64,000 nt of DNA. Source: an uncultured Actinomycetota bacterium. Lineage in GTDB: Bacteria > Actinomycetota > Actinomycetes > Mycobacteriales > Mycobacteriaceae. The stretch covers positions 70,349 through 134,348 of the forward strand of contig CAVRIH010000015.1 of assembly GCA_963721195.1 (NCBI GenBank), in the 5' to 3' direction. The translations under genes were made by a program, and so were the position numbers. The number at the start of each line of letters is the position of its first letter. Position 1 is the stretch's first letter. Positions 11,775-20,952 of the stretch are shown one piece after another. The notes under the pieces are model-generated. The model saw only the letters and a list, made by a program, of their open reading frames with translations, searched no databases and was not told where the DNA came from.

Positions 11775-12647
11775 TTAGGCGGCGGCGTCGAGTTCCTGCC
11801 TTGTGTCCTCGTCGAGTTCGATGTCGCGGACGGCGGTGTTCTCCTCGAGATGCGCCACCGACGACGTGCCCGGGATCAGTAATACGTTGGGCGCCAACGA
11901 TAATGTCCACGCGAGTGCGACCTGGGCCGGGGTCCGGCCGAGCTTGGCGGCCTCACGCGCAACGGCGGGGTGGCCAAGCACCGGGTTGTCGGCGGTGAAA
12001 CCCGAGCCCAGCGGGAAGAACGGCACGAAGGCGATGTCGTGTTCGATGCACGCGTCGAGCACCGGCTGCGACGTCCGGTCGACGAGGTTGTAGGCGTTCT
12101 GCACGGTGACGATCTCGGTGCGGTCCAGCGCGATCTGCAGATGCTCGGGGCCGATGCTGCTCAGCCCTATTCCGGTGATGAGCCCTTCGTCGCGGGCCTT
12201 GATCATCGCGGACAGTTGCCGGTCGAACAGATCGCGATCGACCGGGCCGACCGAACTTGGATCACCGGAGTGGATGCGCAGATTTACGGCGGCGAGGCGG
12301 TCGATGTCCAGCGTGCGCAGGTTCTCCTCGATGTCTGCCCGCAACTCGTCGGGCTGCTGTGCGGAGAGCCACCCACCGGTGTCGTCGCGGCGCGCTCCCA
12401 CCTTGCTGACCAGGGCGAGATTTTCGGGGTAAGGGTGAAGTGCCTCGCGGATGAGTTCGTTGGCGACCTTGGGACCGTAGAACTGTGCGGTGTCGATGTG
12501 GTTGATACCCAACTCAATTGCGCGTCGCAGCACGGCGATCGCCTGGTCGTGGTCGCGCGGTGGTCCGATCACCCCCGGCCCGGGGAGTTGCATGGCGCCG
12601 AATCCGACGCGACCAACGGTGAACGGACCGAGGGAAAAGGTTTGCAT
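11775..12647 (-). CDS. Aldo/keto reductase
   Basis: GFGAMQL, IDTAQFYG, SKVG, VQNAYNL, IPGTSSVAHLEEN. Confidence 0.92.
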   Translation of the reverse strand: MQTFSLGPFTVGRVGFGAMQLPGPGVIGPPRDHDQAIAVLRRAIELGINHIDTAQFYGPKVANELIREALHPYPENLALVSKVGARRDDTGGWLSAQQPDELRADIEENLRTLDIDRLAAVNLRIHSGDPSSVGPVDRDLFDRQLSAMIKARDEGLITGIGLSSIGPEHLQIALDRTEIVTVQNAYNLVDRTSQPVLDACIEHDIAFVPFFPLGSGFTADNPVLGHPAVAREAAKLGRTPAQVALAWTLSLAPNVLLIPGTSSVAHLEENTAVRDIELDEDTRQELDAAA

Positions 12648-12663
12648 GGCTTCAGGCTAGGGC

Positions 12664-12706
12664 TTGTGCGCGTTTGAGAGCGCCGAGCGCTCCCAAACGC
12701 ATACAA
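12664..12706. repeat. Long imperfect hairpin (REP-like or terminator)
   Basis: TTGTGCGCGTTTGAGAGCGC-CGA-GCGCTCCCAAACGCATACAA. Confidence 0.65.
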
Positions 12707-12718
12707 ACCTCATATGTT

Positions 12719-13426
12719 TTAGTCGGACTCGCCGAGAATCTGATAGATCTCGCGGCGGGCATTGTTGACGATGTCGACGATGCGCTGCTGCTGCTCAGCC
12801 GATGCGGCGTGCGCGGACTGGGCGACGGCTCCCATCAGCTGGCCAACGGCACTGCGCAGGCTGACGGCACCGGGATCGGCGCCTTCGGTGATCTCGTCCC
12901 ACGGAGCTGTCTCGATCTTCTCGGCCGCGGCACGGCCCTCGTCGGTGAGCTCGAAGAGCTTCTTGCTGCCCTCGGATTCCGAGGCGACGAGAAGGCCCTC
13001 GTCGACCAGCAGTTGAAGCGTCGGGTACACCGAGCCGGGGCTGGGCTTCCACAGCTGCTGACTGCGTTCGTTGATCTCCTGAATCATCTCGTAGCCGTGC
13101 ATCGGCCGATCGGTGAGCAGCTTGAGGATCGCGGCACGCACGTCACCGCGCCTGCCGCGTCCGCCGCCACGGGGTCCACCGCGTCGGCCGCCACGGCCAA
13201 AGCCGGGTCCGAACCCGAAGCCGGGACCGAAGCCGCCGGGACCGAAGCCGGGGCCGAAACCTGCGTCGCCGCGGTGCTCGCGGACGTGGTCGCGGAACTC
13301 GCGACGGGCTTGGCGGCGCTGTTCGTGCAGCGCACGACGGTCTTGCGGGCTGAAGCCAGGCCCGAAGCCGAAACCGAAACCGCGGCCCTCGAAGGGGCCC
13401 TGCGGGGGTGTGAATGGGGTGTTCAT
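12719..13426 (-). CDS. PadR-family transcriptional regulator with Gly/Phe/Arg-rich N-terminus
   Basis: RGDVRAAIL...PMHGYEMIQ...PSPGSVYPTLQLL. Confidence 0.92.
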   Translation of the reverse strand: MNTPFTPPQGPFEGRGFGFGFGPGFSPQDRRALHEQRRQARREFRDHVREHRGDAGFGPGFGPGGFGPGFGFGPGFGRGGRRGGPRGGGRGRRGDVRAAILKLLTDRPMHGYEMIQEINERSQQLWKPSPGSVYPTLQLLVDEGLLVASESEGSKKLFELTDEGRAAAEKIETAPWDEITEGADPGAVSLRSAVGQLMGAVAQSAHAASAEQQQRIVDIVNNARREIYQILGESD

Positions 13427-13472
13427 AGTTCATGTCCTTATTTCGACAGGAAGTACGATCTGCACTTCCGAT

Positions 13473-13510
13473 ACGTTGACGATATATCGGAATCTATCGC
13501 GATGCAACGT
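13473..13510. promoter_or_regulatory. Candidate PadR autoregulatory operator
   Basis: Palindrome CGATATATCG (13480-13489) inside ACGTTG...CAACGT arms, upstream of the PadR gene. Confidence 0.55.
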
Positions 13511-13516
13511 CCAATG

Positions 13517-13762
13517 TCAGATGGCCACGGTCACATCGACGGACAAGTACTCGCCAATGGCGCGCGCCGCGGACCAATCACCTGCATGTACCGCTTTCTC
13601 GAGGTCGTCGGCCAACGGACTGTCGGCGCCGAGTTCGGCGAGCCAGGCGGAGACCGTTGTCGCGATCTGCTCTACCGGCACTTCGACGGTCAGCCCACCA
13701 CGCAGGCGTTGGGTGACCCGATAGATCGGGGAGGTCGTCGGCACTCGGCGCTGCATACCCAT
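13517..13762 (-). CDS. Small hypothetical protein
   Basis: MGMQRRVPTT...WLAELGADSPL...LSVDVTVAI; fills the gap between genes; start uncertain. Confidence 0.7.
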   Translation of the reverse strand: MGMQRRVPTTSPIYRVTQRLRGGLTVEVPVEQIATTVSAWLAELGADSPLADDLEKAVHAGDWSAARAIGEYLSVDVTVAI

Positions 13763-13804
13763 GATTCGGAGGCAACGGGCCGGCGGATGAGTCCGGATCA
13801 ACGT

Positions 13805-14771
13805 CTAGAGCGCCGACGAGTCCAACTCGTCCGCCGAATGTGCTGCGTTGGCGCGGTGAGTGTTCGGGCTGACCCCGTACGTCCTCTTGAACGCGCTGCT
13901 CAACGCGAACGGTGTGCTGTACCCGACCTGGCGGGCCACCGCACCGATCGTCGCCTGACTCGACCGCAACAGATCGGCGGCCAACGCCAGCCGCCAGCTG
14001 GTCAGGAACGCGATCGGCGGCTCACCCACCTGATCGGTAAACCTGCGTGCGAACACCGTCCGCGAACAGCCAACGGCGGCAGCCAAATTCGCCACCGTCC
14101 ACGGATGTGCCGGATTGTTGTAGATCAGCTTCAATGCCGGTCCAACCACCGGGTCCTGCTCGGCGTCCCACCACGTCGGCGCGTTGCCGTCGCGGCCGAA
14201 CCAGACCCGCAACACCGCGATCAGCAGCACATCGAGCATCCGGTCCAGATATGCCTCCTGCCCGGCCCCGTCGCAGCCGGCCTCGCGAGCCAGCAGGTCC
14301 ACCAAGGGTGTGTCCCATTCGTCGGCGCGCACCACCAACACAGGGGGCAGCACGTCGAGAAGCCGGGCGCTCACCTCGCTGCGACCCTCGTACGCGCAGA
14401 TCACCGATCGCGTCGTCCCCGACGCGCTGTTGCCCCATGTCCGCACCCCGAGGGACATCTCGAACGTCAGCGTCTCACCCGACAGCGTCGTGCAGCGGTT
14501 TCCCGGGATGGATCACCACCATCGGCGGGGTGGTCGGGTCGTCGGCGAAGACGTAGTGCTCGGTGCCCCGGGCCAGGGCGACGTCACCGGGATGCAGCCA
14601 GGTGGTTCCGCTGCTCTCTCCGACGATGGCTGCGCTTCCATGCGTCTGGCAGATCAACGTCAGCGGCGCATCGTCGCGGATGCTCAGCGACCAGGGTGGA
14701 TCCATCATCATCCGCAACACGAAAGCGCCCCGCGCTCGTACACCGTCGAGCAGGCCGACCACGGCGTCCAC
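13805..14771 (-). pseudogene. AraC-family regulator (cupin + HTH) split by a +1 frameshift near 14500 (real or assembly error)
   Basis: N-part MDAVVGLLDGVRARGAF...VIHPG and C-part ...PWTVANLA...GYSTPFALSSAFKR join if one A is removed from GGGAAAC. Confidence 0.8.
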
Positions 14772-14780
14772 CGCTGGAGC

Positions 14781-15407
14781 CTATCGAGCGCGGTAGGCGG
14801 CGAGAAACACCTTTACGCCTGCGCGGACGTAGGTGTCGACGTCGATGCGTGCCAGCACCTGTTGGGCTCCGCAGAAGAGCGCCTGGTCGATGCACCTGCC
14901 GACGATGAGAAACGCGAAATGCTCTGCGGCAAGTGCGGGTTCGGGCGCGTGCAGCAGGCCCCTGTTGTGCAGAGCGGCGAAGCAGTCGGCGAAGGCCGCG
15001 AGCGTCCTCGCCGGCGCCTGCTCGTAGTACAGCTGCGCGAGCGCGGGCACCCGGTTGGCTTCGCCGACCACGAGCCGGCGCAACTGCACGACCGGCTCCT
15101 GCAGCACTTGGCTGAGATAGTCGCCGGCCAGTGCGGTCAGGTCCGCCTCCAGGTCGGCAGTGCCGGCGAGTTCGGCGATCCGGTCGAGAAACGGGGACAC
15201 CGAACTCTCCAACGCCTCGTTCACGATCGCCAGTAGCAGTTCCTGCTTGTCGCCGAAGTGCTTGTAAACCGTCTGCTTGGACACCTCGGCCGACGCGGCG
15301 ATCTGGTCGACGCTGGTGCCCTGGTAGCCATTGCTCAAGAAGAGCTCGCGACCCGCCGACAGGATGGTCGCGCGTTTTCGCGCTGAACGGCCGAGCACCT
15401 CGGTCAT
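14781..15407 (-). CDS. TetR/AcrR-family regulator
   Basis: GYQGTSVDQIAASAEVSKQTVYKHFGDK HTH. Confidence 0.93.
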   Translation of the reverse strand: MTEVLGRSARKRATILSAGRELFLSNGYQGTSVDQIAASAEVSKQTVYKHFGDKQELLLAIVNEALESSVSPFLDRIAELAGTADLEADLTALAGDYLSQVLQEPVVQLRRLVVGEANRVPALAQLYYEQAPARTLAAFADCFAALHNRGLLHAPEPALAAEHFAFLIVGRCIDQALFCGAQQVLARIDVDTYVRAGVKVFLAAYRAR

Positions 15408-15424
15408 GCCGTCTCCAATTCGGT

Positions 15425-15471
15425 ACTGGACAGTCTAGTTCTATCAGCCGTAGAGTACTGGACAGTCCAGT
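15425..15471. promoter_or_regulatory. Two tandem palindromic TetR operators
   Basis: ACTGGAC-A-GTCTAGT (15425-15439) and perfect ACTGGAC-A-GTCCAGT (15457-15471) between divergent tetR and DUF998 genes. Confidence 0.8.
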
Positions 15472-15494
15472 TTGATTCTAACGGGAGGAACGCG

Positions 15495-16148
15495 ATGACC
15501 ACCACTGATTGCCCGCCTCTCCCGGTGCGGATCACCAAATCGCTGCTGGGCTATGGAGTCATCGCGGGCCCGATATACGTCGTCGTCGCCGCGGCCCAGA
15601 TGTTCACCCGGGATGGGTACGACCCGACGAGGCACGCGGTCAGCCAACTGTCGAACGGTGGCCTGGGCTGGATTCAGATCGCCAACTTCCTACTCACCGG
15701 GGCGATGACGATCGCGGCCGCCGTCGGCGTGCGACGCGCACTCGGACCTGGGCGGCAGTCGGCGTGGGCGTCGGGCCTGCTCGGGGCCTACGGGCTCGGG
15801 GTGTTCTGCGCCGGGATCTTCCGGGCCGACCCGTCGGACGGCTTCCCTCCCGGCACCCCGCCCGGCGTGGGGGAGCCCAGCTGGCACGGGCTGGCCCACT
15901 TCGCGGTCGCCGGCCTCGGGTTCCTCTGCCTGGTGGCGGCTTGTCTGGTGATGGGCGCATGGTTCGGGCGCGTGAACGAGGTGCGCTGGGCTTGGTTCTC
16001 GCGACTCACCGGCGTGGTGTTCGCGGTGAGTTTCTTCGGGCTCGCTTCGGGAAGTGCCGCAATGATTTTGGTGTTCACCGCGGCAGTGGTTCTGGTCTGG
16101 GCGTGGCTGGCGGCGGTGTCGATCAAGCTCTACCGTTCCGTCGAATAG
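15495..16148 (+). CDS. DUF998-like multi-pass membrane protein
   Basis: GYDPTRHAVSQL, GWIQIANF, DPSDGFPPGTP, SWHGLAH; RBS GGGAGG. Confidence 0.82.
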   Translation: MTTTDCPPLPVRITKSLLGYGVIAGPIYVVVAAAQMFTRDGYDPTRHAVSQLSNGGLGWIQIANFLLTGAMTIAAAVGVRRALGPGRQSAWASGLLGAYGLGVFCAGIFRADPSDGFPPGTPPGVGEPSWHGLAHFAVAGLGFLCLVAACLVMGAWFGRVNEVRWAWFSRLTGVVFAVSFFGLASGSAAMILVFTAAVVLVWAWLAAVSIKLYRSVE

Positions 16149-16222
16149 GCGCAGACGCGCGCGTATGCGGTCGGGACGGATAACGATGGACCGTCCACCC
16201 CGGCCGCTGTTGACTTCACGTC

Positions 16223-16717
16223 ATGAACATGAGCCCTTTCGTCGTCCTCACCTCACTGGCCGCGCTCGCCGCGGCCGCTGCCAGCGGAATGATGTATGTC
16301 TTCTCGACATTCGTGATGCGCGGCCTGGATCGCACAGGACCGGTCGAGGCGATCACCGCGATGCGCGGCATCAACGTCGTGGCGAACTCGAGCCCGGCAT
16401 TCCTGTTGGCGTACTTCGGTGCGTCGATCCTGGCGCTGGTGGTCGGGGTCATGGCCGTGGTCCAGATCGGGCAGCCGGGCAGTGTGTGGATCCTGGTCGG
16501 GGCGGTCTTCGGAATTTTCGCCGCGATCATCACCATGGCGTTCAACGTGCCGCTCAACAATCACCTCGACACGGTCAACCCGGTTGGGTTGTCGGTCGCC
16601 GACGCGGCCCGCGAGTGGCAAGCGTACTTCTCAACGTGGACGGCGTGGAACCACGTCCGCGCGGCCACCAGCATCGTCGCGGCGGTCTTGATGCTCATCG
16701 GCCTGCGATACCGGTGA
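16223..16717 (+). CDS. DUF1772 / anthrone oxygenase-like membrane protein
   Basis: FSTFVMRGL, AMRGIN, FNVPLNNHL, WTAWNHVR. Confidence 0.85.
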   Translation: MNMSPFVVLTSLAALAAAAASGMMYVFSTFVMRGLDRTGPVEAITAMRGINVVANSSPAFLLAYFGASILALVVGVMAVVQIGQPGSVWILVGAVFGIFAAIITMAFNVPLNNHLDTVNPVGLSVADAAREWQAYFSTWTAWNHVRAATSIVAAVLMLIGLRYR

Positions 16718-17615
16718 CGCGGACTAGCTCGGCGGCGTGAATCCGCCGCGGGTCGGGTGACGGCTCGGCGAAACCTGCTGCGGCGGAATCTGTTGCGGCG
16801 GATGCCTGATACCCGAAGGCAGGGGGCTGGGGTGCCGGCCACTGAGGCGGGGGTTGGCCAGCGACGGGCCGCAGCCGGATGAGTTCTCGGCGATGACGTT
16901 CGGCCAGCACCGCGGCGAGCACGAACTGCGGTGGCGCGCCGGGAGGTGGTGGTGGCGATATCTGTGCGACGACGTCGCTGGTGATCCGGTAGGCCATCTG
17001 GTCGCGCAGCTGTGGATCCAATTGTGATACGCGGGAAAGGAACTGGCGGGCAAGCTCTGCCGTTTCGGCACGTAGCCCGGACAGCTGCAGGGTCGACGCC
17101 CACCATGCGAGCTGCGGCGGCATCGGCGGGGGCGGTGACATGCGCGGCGCGCGTTCACTGATAACCACGGTCCCGGCGAACACGTCGCCGATCCGCTTTC
17201 CCTTCGAGGACGCCAGGCTGCAGATCACCGCAGGACCGCCGGTGAACATCCAGATTTCGATCACACCGGCCAGCGCACGAAACAACGCCTGCCGAAGCCG
17301 TTCCGGGCCGCCGTCGTCGGACACCACCCGCAGCCCCATCGCGATCTTGCCCAACGAACGGCCACGGGTGGCGGTCTCGAAGATGACCGGATACCCGACG
17401 ATCGTCAGGACGGTGAAGATGATCAGGACCGCGCCCGACAGGGCCGGATCGAACTGGGTGAGCGTGGCGGCCCACAGCACGACGCCGACGATGTAGAGGA
17501 TGAACACCACGGTGACGTCGATGATCGCCGACAGTGCGCGAACCGGCAGCTGGGCGATCTGAACGTCAAGGACCACCGCGTCGCCGGTCACCACTGGTTC
17601 TTGCTGGCTGACCAT
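16695..17615 (-). CDS. RDD-family membrane protein (Rv3695-like); C-terminus probably frameshifted (natural stop near 16724)
   Basis: VVTGDAVVLD, RALSAIID, GRSLGKIAMGLRVV, KRIGDVFAGTVV. Confidence 0.88.
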   Translation of the reverse strand: MVSQQEPVVTGDAVVLDVQIAQLPVRALSAIIDVTVVFILYIVGVVLWAATLTQFDPALSGAVLIIFTVLTIVGYPVIFETATRGRSLGKIAMGLRVVSDDGGPERLRQALFRALAGVIEIWMFTGGPAVICSLASSKGKRIGDVFAGTVVISERAPRMSPPPPMPPQLAWWASTLQLSGLRAETAELARQFLSRVSQLDPQLRDQMAYRITSDVVAQISPPPPPGAPPQFVLAAVLAERHRRELIRLRPVAGQPPPQWPAPQPPAFGYQASAATDSAAAGFAEPSPDPRRIHAAELVRVTGIAGR

Positions 17616-17642
17616 TGCGCCAACGCTACTAGGATTCTCGAG

Positions 17643-18635
17643 GTGGATGTCGACGCGTTCGTGGTGGCGCATCGTCCGACGTGGGAGCGGCTGGAGCAAC
17701 TGTTGAAACGGCGTCGGAAACTGACCGGCGCCGAGGTAGACGAACTGGTCGATCTTTACCAGCGGGTGTCCACCCACCTGTCGATGGTGCGCAGCTCGTC
17801 CACCGACGCTGTCCTCGTCGGGCGGCTGTCGGGTCTGGTGGCGCGGGCGCGTTCGGTGGTGACGGGTGCGCACGCGCCGTTGTGGAGCGAGTTCGCCAGG
17901 TTCTGGACGGTGTCCTTCCCGGTGGTCGCGTATCGCACATGGCGATGGTGGCTCGGCACGGCGATCGCGTTCTTCTTTGTCACTGTGCTGATCGCACTGT
18001 GGGTGTCAGGCAACCAGGATGTGCAGGCGTCCCTCAAAACCCCAAGCGAGATCGACCAATTGGTGAACAACGATTTCGCCGCCTACTACAGCGAGAACCC
18101 CGCCGGATCGTTCGGGCTGCAGGTATGGGTCAACAACTCCTGGGTTGCGGCCCAGTGCATCGCGTTCGCCATCCTGCTCGGCATCCCGATTCCCTACATC
18201 CTTTTCCAGAACGCCCTCAATCTCGGTGTCATCGCGGGCTTCATGTTCGATGCCGACAAGGGCGACGTCTTTCTCGGCCTGCTCACTCCGCACGGACTCA
18301 TCGAACTGACCGCGGTGTTTCTCGCTGCGGCCGTCGGCATGCGGCTCGGCTGGTCGGTGGTGTCGCCGGGTCACCGGCCGCGCGCACAGGTGCTCGCGGA
18401 GCAGGGCCGGGCCGTGGTTGCGGTCGCCGTGGGTCTGATCGTCGTCTTGCTGGTGGCCGGTCTGATCGAGTCGCTGGTGACACCGTCGCCGCTGCCGACG
18501 TTCGCCCGCATCGCCATTGGCGTGGCAGCCGAGGTTGCCTTTCTCGCATACGTGATCTACTTCGGCCGCAGGGGTGTGGCGGCGGGTGAGACCGGCGACG
18601 TCAGTGACGCACCGGATGTGGTGCCGACGCGTTAG
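17643..18635 (+). CDS. SpoIIM/DUF95-family membrane protein (Rv3694c-like)
   Basis: VDVDAFV...WERL, VWVNN, PHGLIELTAVF, IESLVTPS. Confidence 0.88.
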   Translation: MDVDAFVVAHRPTWERLEQLLKRRRKLTGAEVDELVDLYQRVSTHLSMVRSSSTDAVLVGRLSGLVARARSVVTGAHAPLWSEFARFWTVSFPVVAYRTWRWWLGTAIAFFFVTVLIALWVSGNQDVQASLKTPSEIDQLVNNDFAAYYSENPAGSFGLQVWVNNSWVAAQCIAFAILLGIPIPYILFQNALNLGVIAGFMFDADKGDVFLGLLTPHGLIELTAVFLAAAVGMRLGWSVVSPGHRPRAQVLAEQGRAVVAVAVGLIVVLLVAGLIESLVTPSPLPTFARIAIGVAAEVAFLAYVIYFGRRGVAAGETGDVSDAPDVVPTR

Positions 18636-19954
18636 AGCCTGCCGGTGGCCTTCATCGCCAGATAGTGGTCTGCCAGTGCGGGAGCCAGTTCATCCGGCGG
18701 CGCGTCCACAACGTCGACCCCGGCAGCGCGCAGACGGGACGCCATCGAGCGCCTGTCGTTGCGCGCACGTTCGGCCGCCGCCGCGTCGTAGACCTCGGCG
18801 GCGTCTGCCCGGCCCGCGGCCATCGCTTCCACCCGCGGATCGGCGACGGCGGCGAGCAGAACCTGGTGTTTGGCGGACAATTGGGGGAGAACCGCCATCA
18901 GGCCCTCGTCGAGTGCGGACGCGTTCAGGTCGGTGAGGAGCACCACCAGCGCGCGGCGGCGAACGCGACGCTGTATCGCGGCCACCGTCGCCCTGGCGTC
19001 GGACTCGATCAGTGCCGGTTCCAGCGGCGCCATCACGCCGACCAGCTGCGCGAGAAGTTCGGTCCGCGAGGCGTTGAAAAGGCCCGCCCTGGTGACCCGG
19101 TCGTGGGCAAGGAAATCGACGTGATCGCCTGCCCGCGACGCCAGCGCGGCGAGCAGCAGCGCGGCATCCATGGACCAATCCAGCCGCGGCCAGCCACTGG
19201 GGTCGTTGGCAGTTGGATCGACGCCGACGCGGCCTGCTGACGTGCGGCCGGTGTCCAGAACGATCACCACCCGCCGATCCCGCTCGGGTCGCCACGTCCG
19301 CACCACGACATCCGCTCGTCGCGCGGTGGCGCGCCAGTCGATCGACCGGACATCATCGCCGATGACATATTCGCGCAACGAATCGAACTCGGTGCCCTGG
19401 CCACGTATCAGGACCGCCGTGTTCCCCTCCAGCTCACGAAGTTTGGCCAGCCGTGAGGGCAGATGCTTACGCGCCAGGAACGGCGGTAGGATCCTTACCT
19501 GCCAGGGCACCCGGTGTGAACTCTGCCTGCCTGCAAGCCCCAGTGGCCCGATCGACCTGGCCGTCACCATCGCCGAGGACTGATCACCCCTGCGCACCGG
19601 GCGCAGCGTCGTGACGAGTCGAACCCGTTGCGTGGGCGTGATATTCACGGTGTGCATCCGGGGTTCGGCCCGGGCGCTGGGGGACCACGCATCACGGACC
19701 TGACCTGTCATGCGCCGTCGGCCAGGATTCTCCACCTCCAGAACCGCATCGACGGGCTGCCCCAGTCTCGCCGCGGTGTCACCCGACCGCGTGAAGACCA
19801 ACCGGCGGGGGCTGGCGGCCAGAACGACGTCGAGTGCCACCGCGGCGCCGAGAATGCCCAACAGGACCGCGAAGGCCGTTGCCGGCCAAGGCGACAACGC
19901 GACTGGCAGCACGCAGATCAGTGCTACCAGGCCGGCGCGGCCGGTCAAGATCAC
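18632..19954 (-). CDS. DUF58 / vWA-like protein (Rv3693-like)
   Basis: GTEFDSLREYVIGDDVRSIDWRATAR, VLDTGRTS, LLTD. Confidence 0.9.
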   Translation of the reverse strand: MILTGRAGLVALICVLPVALSPWPATAFAVLLGILGAAVALDVVLAASPRRLVFTRSGDTAARLGQPVDAVLEVENPGRRRMTGQVRDAWSPSARAEPRMHTVNITPTQRVRLVTTLRPVRRGDQSSAMVTARSIGPLGLAGRQSSHRVPWQVRILPPFLARKHLPSRLAKLRELEGNTAVLIRGQGTEFDSLREYVIGDDVRSIDWRATARRADVVVRTWRPERDRRVVIVLDTGRTSAGRVGVDPTANDPSGWPRLDWSMDAALLLAALASRAGDHVDFLAHDRVTRAGLFNASRTELLAQLVGVMAPLEPALIESDARATVAAIQRRVRRRALVVLLTDLNASALDEGLMAVLPQLSAKHQVLLAAVADPRVEAMAAGRADAAEVYDAAAAERARNDRRSMASRLRAAGVDVVDAPPDELAPALADHYLAMKATGRL

Positions 19955-20952
19955 TAGCGTGGCACCGGTACGGCCGCGAGAATTCCGTCCAGCACGCCGT
20001 CCGGATTGGCGCCTTCGAGTTCGGCTTCCGGCCGCAGCTGAATACGGTGCCGCAACGTCGGCCGCGCCATCGCCTTGACGTCGTCGGGCGTGACATAGTT
20101 CCGACCCGACAGCCACGCCCAGGACCTGGCCGTTGCCAGCAGTGCGGTCGCCCCGCGTGGCGAGACCCCGAGCTGTAGTGACGGTGAATGCCTTGTGGCA
20201 CCGGCGATGTCGACAATGTACCCGAGCACCTCGTCAGCGACGAGCACCTGTTGCACCGCGGCGCGCCCCGCGGCCAATTCGGCGGGCCCTGCGACGGGCC
20301 GCACGGCGGACAGGTCGCGCGGGTCGAAGCCGCGCGCGTGCCGGTCGAGGACAGTGATCTCCTGGTCGCGCGGCGGCAGGGGAACGTTGAGCTTCAGCAG
20401 GAACCGGTCGAGTTGCGCTTCCGGTAACTGGTAGGTGCCCTCGTACTCGATCGGGTTCTGCGTCGCGGCGACGATGAAGGGGTCGGGTAGCGGACGCGGT
20501 TGACCGTCGACGCTGACCTGGCGCTCCTCCATGGCCTCCAGCAGCGCGGCCTGAGTCTTGGGCGGCGTCCGGTTGATTTCATCGGCCAGTAGGAGATTGG
20601 TGAAAACCGGTCCGGAGCGGAACTCGAATTCTGCTGTGCGGGCGTCATATACGAGCGAACCCGTCACGTCGCCGGGCATCAGGTCCGGGGTAAATTGAAC
20701 ACGCTTGAACTCGAGCTGCAGCGCGGCAGCGAGGGTGCGCACCAGTAGGGTCTTGGCGACGCCCGGCACTCCCTCCAGCAGCACGTGGCCGCGGCACAAC
20801 AGCGCGATCACCAGCCCGCTGACCACCGCGTCCTGACCGACCACCGCCTTGGCGATCTCAGTGCGCAGCGATAGCAGCGCATTTCGCGCCGAATCGCCCG
20901 GCGCTGCGGCGCCGGTGTACTGACCTGTGTTACCTGCCGGTGGCTGAGTCAC
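19954..20952 (-). CDS. moxR2: MoxR-family AAA+ ATPase (Rv3692-like)
   Basis: [50 protein letters not shown]. Confidence 0.93.
   Translation of the reverse strand: MTQPPAGNTGQYTGAAAPGDSARNALLSLRTEIAKAVVGQDAVVSGLVIALLCRGHVLLEGVPGVAKTLLVRTLAAALQLEFKRVQFTPDLMPGDVTGSLVYDARTAEFEFRSGPVFTNLLLADEINRTPPKTQAALLEAMEERQVSVDGQPRPLPDPFIVAATQNPIEYEGTYQLPEAQLDRFLLKLNVPLPPRDQEITVLDRHARGFDPRDLSAVRPVAGPAELAAGRAAVQQVLVADEVLGYIVDIAGATRHSPSLQLGVSPRGATALLATARSWAWLSGRNYVTPDDVKAMARPTLRHRIQLRPEAELEGANPDGVLDGILAAVPVPR

Noticed and set aside
14498-14508. GGGAAAC as a programmed -1 frameshift site in the AraC gene
   Set aside because: The heptamer is not in X_XXY_YYZ phase and the shift needed is +1; a simple indel explains it better
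12674-14908. 744-aa plus-strand ORF
   Set aside because: Antisense shadow of the PadR, small-protein, AraC and TetR genes; no recognisable motifs; typical of high-GC DNA
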